This document shows, piece after piece, positions 56,901 through 64,000 of a stretch of DNA of 64,000 bases. The position numbers and the translations under genes were made by a program. How positions within the stretch are numbered: position 1 is the stretch's first letter; every line of letters begins with the position of its first letter. The notes below the pieces were generated by a model. The model had not been told where the DNA came from, did not search any database, and was given only the letters and a program-made list of their open reading frames with translations. The stretch is from Vicugna vicugna (Eukaryota), in contig MU058868.1 of assembly GCA_013265495.1 (NCBI GenBank), positions 2,845,553 to 2,909,552 on the forward strand. The letters run 5' to 3'.

Positions 56901-57989
56901 CAGAAGGAGCGCCCCGAGGCTGCGAGGCTGCGTCCCTCTCATCACCCCTCAACCAGTGAGAGGGACATGGCTTCCAGGAAGTGCTGCGCAGGGTTCACCT
57001 GGTTCTCTTCACTTAGATCCCTGGTTCTTAATCACACAACAGTATTCAGAATTTCCCGGTGGATAATGCGTATTAGTGGCTTGCAGTGATTGACACTGTC
57101 CCCAGCCTGTGCTAACTCAGGTCACCGCTCACACGAGCCCTCGTCCGCTCACAACAGCAGCCCTAGAGGTGGGCGCTCTGGCCTCGCCCTCTTACAGCGA
57201 GGAGCTAAGGGGGGTGAGCCCGAGCTGGGGAGTCGGGTGGGCACCCGGCAACAGCCCCTGCACCAGTGCCCCCTCCCCGGCCTAAGTAACACCTGTGAGG
57301 TCCGGGCAGGAACGAAGCAAGAGCGCTGTCCGCCTGGCGGTAACCATGGAGCCCGCGTGGGCCCCCGGCCATGGCAGCTGCCGCCAAGGACGGAGCAAGT
57401 CCCCTTCCCAGGAAACAGCAAGCACCCTTCTGGGCAGGAACAGGCTGCCCCTCGCCGCATCCACCTTTCAGAGGACGCAGGGTGGGGTGGAAAGAGAGAC
57501 ACCCGGTTCTGACACATCAGGTCGTATTTTCTTGAGTCAGACACTTAACCTTTCTAAGCGTCAGGGTTTTCATCGCTAAAATGAGGCTCGCATGTGAGCA
57601 AGCTCGGAAGCCATCACCCCCGGCTTCTAGCCGACACCACAACTGCAGCTTCACCCGAGCCCCTGACCCACAGCAACGGTGCGATAAGAAATGCTGGTGG
57701 TTGTGACCCACTAGAAATCACGGGGCTCACCCCCCACGCCTTTTTTCACAAGGTCTACATACAGTAAAATACACTTTGCTCTGGCGTCCGGTTTGCACAA
57801 GTGTTAACACAGGTAATCACCCCCTGAAAACACGAAACAAGTTGGTCTCCTCTCCCGACAGGCTCTGAACTAGGAACACACTGCTTTTACCTGGAGGTGG
57901 TCAAGCTGGCGTGGACGGCGGTTCCCAGGCCCATTCAGCTTTCGAAGCCTTTGCAGGGCTATTTGGATCTGACCCGTGTGTGTGACCAA

Positions 57990-58330
57990 GACACTCTCGG
58001 ACCAAACCTTGGTCCAGCCCCAGCAGCCCTTTTGCCAGTGGGCCCAGCCTTTGAGCCAGAACCCAGCTAAGCCAGTCAAAGCTACATCCCACTGCTCCCC
58101 AAGGACGCCCGATGCCCGGCCTTCAGCAGGGATCCTACAAAGCAGGTTTAACCAGGACCACCCCACCCTAGATGTTCCCTTTTAGAAATTTCCATCCACT
58201 GACCCCACCCACTCCTGGGCTATGAAACCCACCTGTCCACTTCCTCACAGACGTCTCTTAACCTACGGCAATATTCCTGCGTAAAATCACTGCTTTCACT
58301 GCCGTCCAGCTCTGGGTTTTCTCTGATATG
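57990..58330 (+). mobile_element. Old LTR fragment (ERV1/MER-type; subfamily not assigned)
   Basis: LTR-like tail: ccccacccactcctgggctatgaaacccac...cgtaaaatcactgctttc...ttctctgata. Confidence 0.4.
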
Positions 58331-58512
58331 TGCCCCACCAGTATCCTCTTTAGGGTCAGACCCTAAGCTTGGGGGTGAGCAGCCCCCTCCCCGACCCCCC
58401 ATCCAGGCACAGGGAGGGCGCTTCACCGGGCTGTGGTGGTCGTTCTGCTCAGGGTCCTGACTTCTGCGGCGGGAGGTCCACACCGGCCAGGGCCACTGAG
58501 GGCCTCCCGTGC

Positions 58513-58970
58513 TGTTACCAGTCAGGGTTCCTGGACTTCTTAACCTTCTTAACAGAAATTGAGAAGAGTGCAGAGGAGAAACTCAGGCAAGGCTTTACTG
58601 GGGCTCATGCTGCAGCACCAGGGAGCGAGAACAAGTAACAGGGGCCCGTGCTCCCAGAGGAGGGGCGAGCTGGTCCCTTAAATGGGGTGAGGAGGGGGGC
58701 GGGCCCAGGGGTCAGGCCGGAGGAGGGCTTAGGTGGTCTGCCCACCCCCTTGGTGGTCCTGTGTGCAAGGATCGTCTGAGGTACCCTGCTTTTGTTCCTG
58801 ACACTTCAGAGGTGGCACTTGGGTCTTTGATCTTTTTGTATCTCTTTGTTCATAATTTGACCCCAATAGCACATGCATGCAGTTGTTTTTAGTCCCTTAC
58901 CATTTCTTCGTGTTTTGTTGCTCGAGATGTTTGTCCAGTTGCGAGCAGCAGGGGGTCCCAGCCTGTCTCA
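58513..58970 (-). mobile_element. Solo ERV1-class LTR, 458 bp
   Basis: The minus strand begins TGAGACAGG and ends GGTAACA (TG...CA termini). Near-perfect 4-bp target-site duplication gtgc/atgc. Internal TATA-like atttaagg and AGTAAA signal on the minus strand. Confidence 0.75.
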
Positions 58971-61639
58971 ATGCCACCTGTTCACCTGTGGAGAGGGGAC
59001 CTGTCACTGAGCACCGGCTTACATCCCATCAGACCGTCCCAGACAGCCTGCAAGGTCCTTGTGAGTGTTCCCATTTTAAAGATGAGAAGACTGAGGCCCA
59101 GAAAGGAATGACAGCATGACAGCAGCAGATTCTTCCTCTGTGGCTGGTCGTTCAGGTTATGGACATAGTTGCTCACAAAACCCACGTGCGGGATTTTCCT
59201 CAGTTAGAAGCTGGAGACTGTGGGCCCACTGCTGTCTCGTCGCTGCCTCTCCATCCCTCTAGTTGAGGTCCAGAAAGCAGATAGCTCGCTGTCTGGAGAG
59301 CAGGTCGGATTACTTGCTAGCAGCAAGAACTCCTCTAAACCCTCCCACTCCCCCTCATGCAGTGCGGCCGGGGCGGCTCCCAGAAAGGGAGCCAGCAGCC
59401 ACGGCGCAGGCGTCCAGCATCCACGGAACGCATCTTGGCCTTTCCACATCAGCCTTTCTCATCAAGGGTCTCTTAAGAAAACGGAGTTCCGATGCCCTCG
59501 GGCACCCACCCTTCTAATGAATTAGCCCTCCTCCCACCCCAGGCGTCCAGAACATCCTCCCAGTGAGCTTCCGCAGAGAAAACAGCCTGTGGATCTCTCT
59601 CCAGCCCCAGGTTCAGAACTCGGCTGGAGAAGGGCTGCTCCGCCTGCCTTGCCCTCACTCCTGGCTCCTGTTGGCCCCTCCAATTCCTCCCCCGTTATTT
59701 CTCTGTCTCTGTCTCCCTCCCTCCTCACCCACCCCCCCGTGAGTGACATCTGTGGTTCCTGCCGTCTCTCTGAACCTCCACAGGGCCAGTCCACAATCGC
59801 AGTCACTCAGGTAGCTCAGGCAGAAGGCTCGGCCACTTTTCTGATTCCCAGGGGCCCAGCCGCCTGGGCTCTGTGCCTGGCACTCAAGGTTCCCAGGGAC
59901 ACAGCCCCCTCAGCCTTGGCAGCCCCCTCTCCTGCTCGGTCCAGTCCCTCCCTGCCTTGGCCTGGGCCCCCGCCAACCCCCCTCCAGAAAGGGAGACAGG
60001 GATTTGAAGAGGAAACTTCCTGTGACAGTGACCCCCGGGGACAGGAGGGGGCCCAGGGAGGGAGCCACAGGTCAAGGGCAGCGATGAGGGATGTTACCGA
60101 GCTGGTCACCCTGCAGGCACCTGGGGCTTAATCCCACTGAGACCTTGTGAGCCGCGTGGAATGTGCCTCAGAATCGCCCACTTGAGCCTTGAAGAGGGCT
60201 GTGGGTGCACAGACTCCCCGGCCCCTCGGTCAGGGGTGGCCTGGGCTGTGGATGGCCTCGCACCACCAGGCTGCATGCCGGGCAATCCCGTGGGCACCCC
60301 CGCCACGTGTCAGTGAAGCCCGGGGCAGAACTGAAGAGACTTTGCAGGGCAGCATCTGAGACTCCCAGCGCAGCCCAGCCCTCACATGGCTCAGCCCTGC
60401 TCACGCCCAGTCAAGACCAGGCCACCGAGGGACCCTCTCGGCAGACCCCAGTCTCTACAGAGACTCATGCAGGAGGCTCAACAGAACAAGGGACGGCCCG
60501 TAGCTCCCGCGGGGCTCCGGCGCTCGCTCACCCTCTTCCCCCACCATTCCAGGCCCCACCCACGCCTGGCCAGCACTCCCGTCAGGGTCGCTTGAGGGAC
60601 GGGAGGCCCAGACCGTCCCGGAGCCCTCAGTGCTGGCCCCTCACACAGCTGTCCTTGCACTGCCTGTTAACTGTCACCTCTGGGCGGAAGAGCCCAGAGA
60701 CGTCGCCGTGGTCTTCTGGGCTCCAGACTCACTCCTCCTGCCCGTGGGGGCATCTCCAGCTCGTGATGATCAGGGTCACTTATCTTGCCCCTCCCACCCC
60801 CAGGAGAGGAGCTCTGCCTCTGGTCCGTTGGTCGGAGGCCCCCAACAGCAAAGTTCGATGGAACCTTTACTCTGTCCCCTGGTGGAAGCATCACCATCCC
60901 TTCCATCCCCACCGAACAGGGACCACTAATCCCACTTGAAACAGGGCCCCGAGACACAGAGGTGGGTGGCACACCTTCTGCCTGTGGGTGATGGAGGACA
61001 ATGGTGGCAGGGCCCTGCACACCGCCTGCTGGTCCGGGGCACCCACTGCATCCTGGAACACAGGGCCCGACCCACAGGGGATGGAGGGGCATTCTCTCAG
61101 CCGGAAGCTCCTAGAGATTTTGTTTTTTGTGGCAGGACAAGTAGATCCCATGGTCTAGGACTCGATGTCATACCTTCTTTGCAGCAAAAGGGGACCCGTG
61201 GTCTGAGGCCTCTTCCTAAGGAGCTGTCATAGACAATATTGCTGATTATTATTCATAAATTGGACACTGTCGTCTCACCAGCCCCCAGTGGGTGGAGAAC
61301 TGGGGGCCCAGGGAAGATTCCACGTAAGTGTGCTTGTCCTCCCAGCTCCCTGCAGGGTGATGTCCCAGGCATTTTCCTGACACACAGCAGATACTCTTTT
61401 CTTGTTGAGTCTTGCCTGGAGCAGAGTTGGGAGATGTCACCTTTCTTTCCAGCTCTGATGAGGGGTCAGGCAAACCAGAGGCTCTCAGGAATTCCCCAAG
61501 CTCGTCTACCAGGCCAGAAGCAATCCAAGCACCGTGCCACCTGGAGAGAGATTCTGCCAAGGACACCTAACTGTTCTTTTCAATGACATCACAAACTCTG
61601 ATGCCTTACGGGATTCGAGGATGTCATAAATAACAAAAA

Positions 61640-62010
61640 CTCAAGTCCATGTAGCTCAAACAAAAAGGTCTTTCTTGGCTCATGGATCTGGAAATCCAGA
61701 AGTAAGTGAGTCTTCGGACTGGCTTGATCCAGGTGCTCTGACCTCATTTCTGCATGACCTTCTCCCTGTGTTGGCTTCATTCTCAGGCTGACTGTGTGGG
61801 GACAAAATTACAATATATCCCCCACCACAACATCCAGACCAGAAGAGAGAGGGATCTTCTGGAGCTCTCCCCTAAAGATGAGGGACATTTTTTCCAGTAT
61901 TTCTCACATCCATTGGCCTGCATTGGGTCATATGCCATTCCTGGAGGAAGTTCTATGTGCAGGGAATGCTGAGTGCCGATTGGTGTTGCTGATGTTTGTC
62001 TCCAGAGGAA
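61640..62010 (-). mobile_element. MLT1J/K-like old MaLR LTR
   Basis: tagctcaaacaaaaagg...ggaaatccagaag...ggcttgatccaggtgctc...tgtgttggcttcattctcaggct...cattggcctgcattgggtcatatgccattcctg. Confidence 0.6.
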
Positions 62011-62151
62011 GGGGGTCACACTTCGGCCCACCAGAACCTCCTGAGCTGGGCCAGCTTACTGGGAAGTCCAGGGGGCTTCTTACTGGGGCTGCATGGTGGA
62101 CTCTGAACAAAACTTCGGGTGCTGTGCGAAGGTAGGGAGCAAGAGAAATGA

Positions 62152-63630
<1,479 letters not shown>

Positions 63631-64000
63631 TGGTGTTTTGTGGAGCTACCCGTTGTGGCGTTAGGTAAACACCAGTCAGGAGACAAGGCAGAGACTCAGG
63701 AATTCCCAGCTGGCCGCCCGGTCTCTCCACACTCACCTGCTTCCTTAGATCAGGATTATGGACTATTCGGTCTCTACGGCCAAGACCTCAAATAGCAGGG
63801 AAAGGGGGAGGGATGGCTAAAGACCTTGTGTGAGGCTGCACCTCTCTCTCTCCCCTTGGGTTGGCTGGAGGTAGGTGCGTGGGTGCTCTTTGCCCGCACA
63901 CCTGCCTGCACACCTGCCACAGGCTGGGTCGGAAAGGTGGCTTCACTTTGCAGGGGAGTTAATGCTCCTTGTAACATGCCTGCAATTAGAGCACTCCACC

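Noticed and set aside
54300-57900. Possible far-upstream alternative first exon of SH3TC1 (CpG patch near 55.6 kb, donor-like CAG|GTAAAA near 57890)
   Set aside because: There are several equally plausible donors and nothing in the sequence to choose among them; transcript data are needed.
37998-59198. NF-kB-like decamers at 37998, 47401, 55017 and 59189
   Set aside because: A rough estimate for GGGRNWYYCC at this GC content gives on the order of ten or more chance matches in 64 kb on both strands, so these are not enriched.

Overview
GC-rich mammalian genomic DNA, most likely camelid, judged from two tRNA-Ala-derived SINEs of the camelid Vic-1 type. The window contains one complete protein-coding gene, SH3TC1 (SH3 domain and tetratricopeptide repeats 1), on the minus strand. 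I hand-spliced 17 coding exons (33680 to 3845), all with GT-AG boundaries and consistent phases, giving a 3972-nt CDS and a 1323-aa protein. A candidate non-coding exon 1 and ETS/GC-box promoter lie near 40.15-40.33 kb, and an AATAAA lies at 3747-3752. The right end holds a young, intronless TUBA1C-derived retrocopy (about 62152-63630, plus strand). Its three N blocks have exactly the length of the missing tubulin sequence. The rest is intronic or intergenic DNA with old repeats (MLT1, L1M, MIR, MER3, MER5A), a solo ERV1-type LTR and small tandem repeats. I see no evidence of a new multi-gene system; nearly all other ORF-track entries are GC-rich noise or antisense shadows. The best leads are small regulatory or evolutionary features: a uORF, a duplicated NBRE, an intronic poly(A) signal, and the damaged but open tubulin retrocopy. 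Comparisons to human sequences and repeat consensus sequences are from memory and need alignment to confirm.
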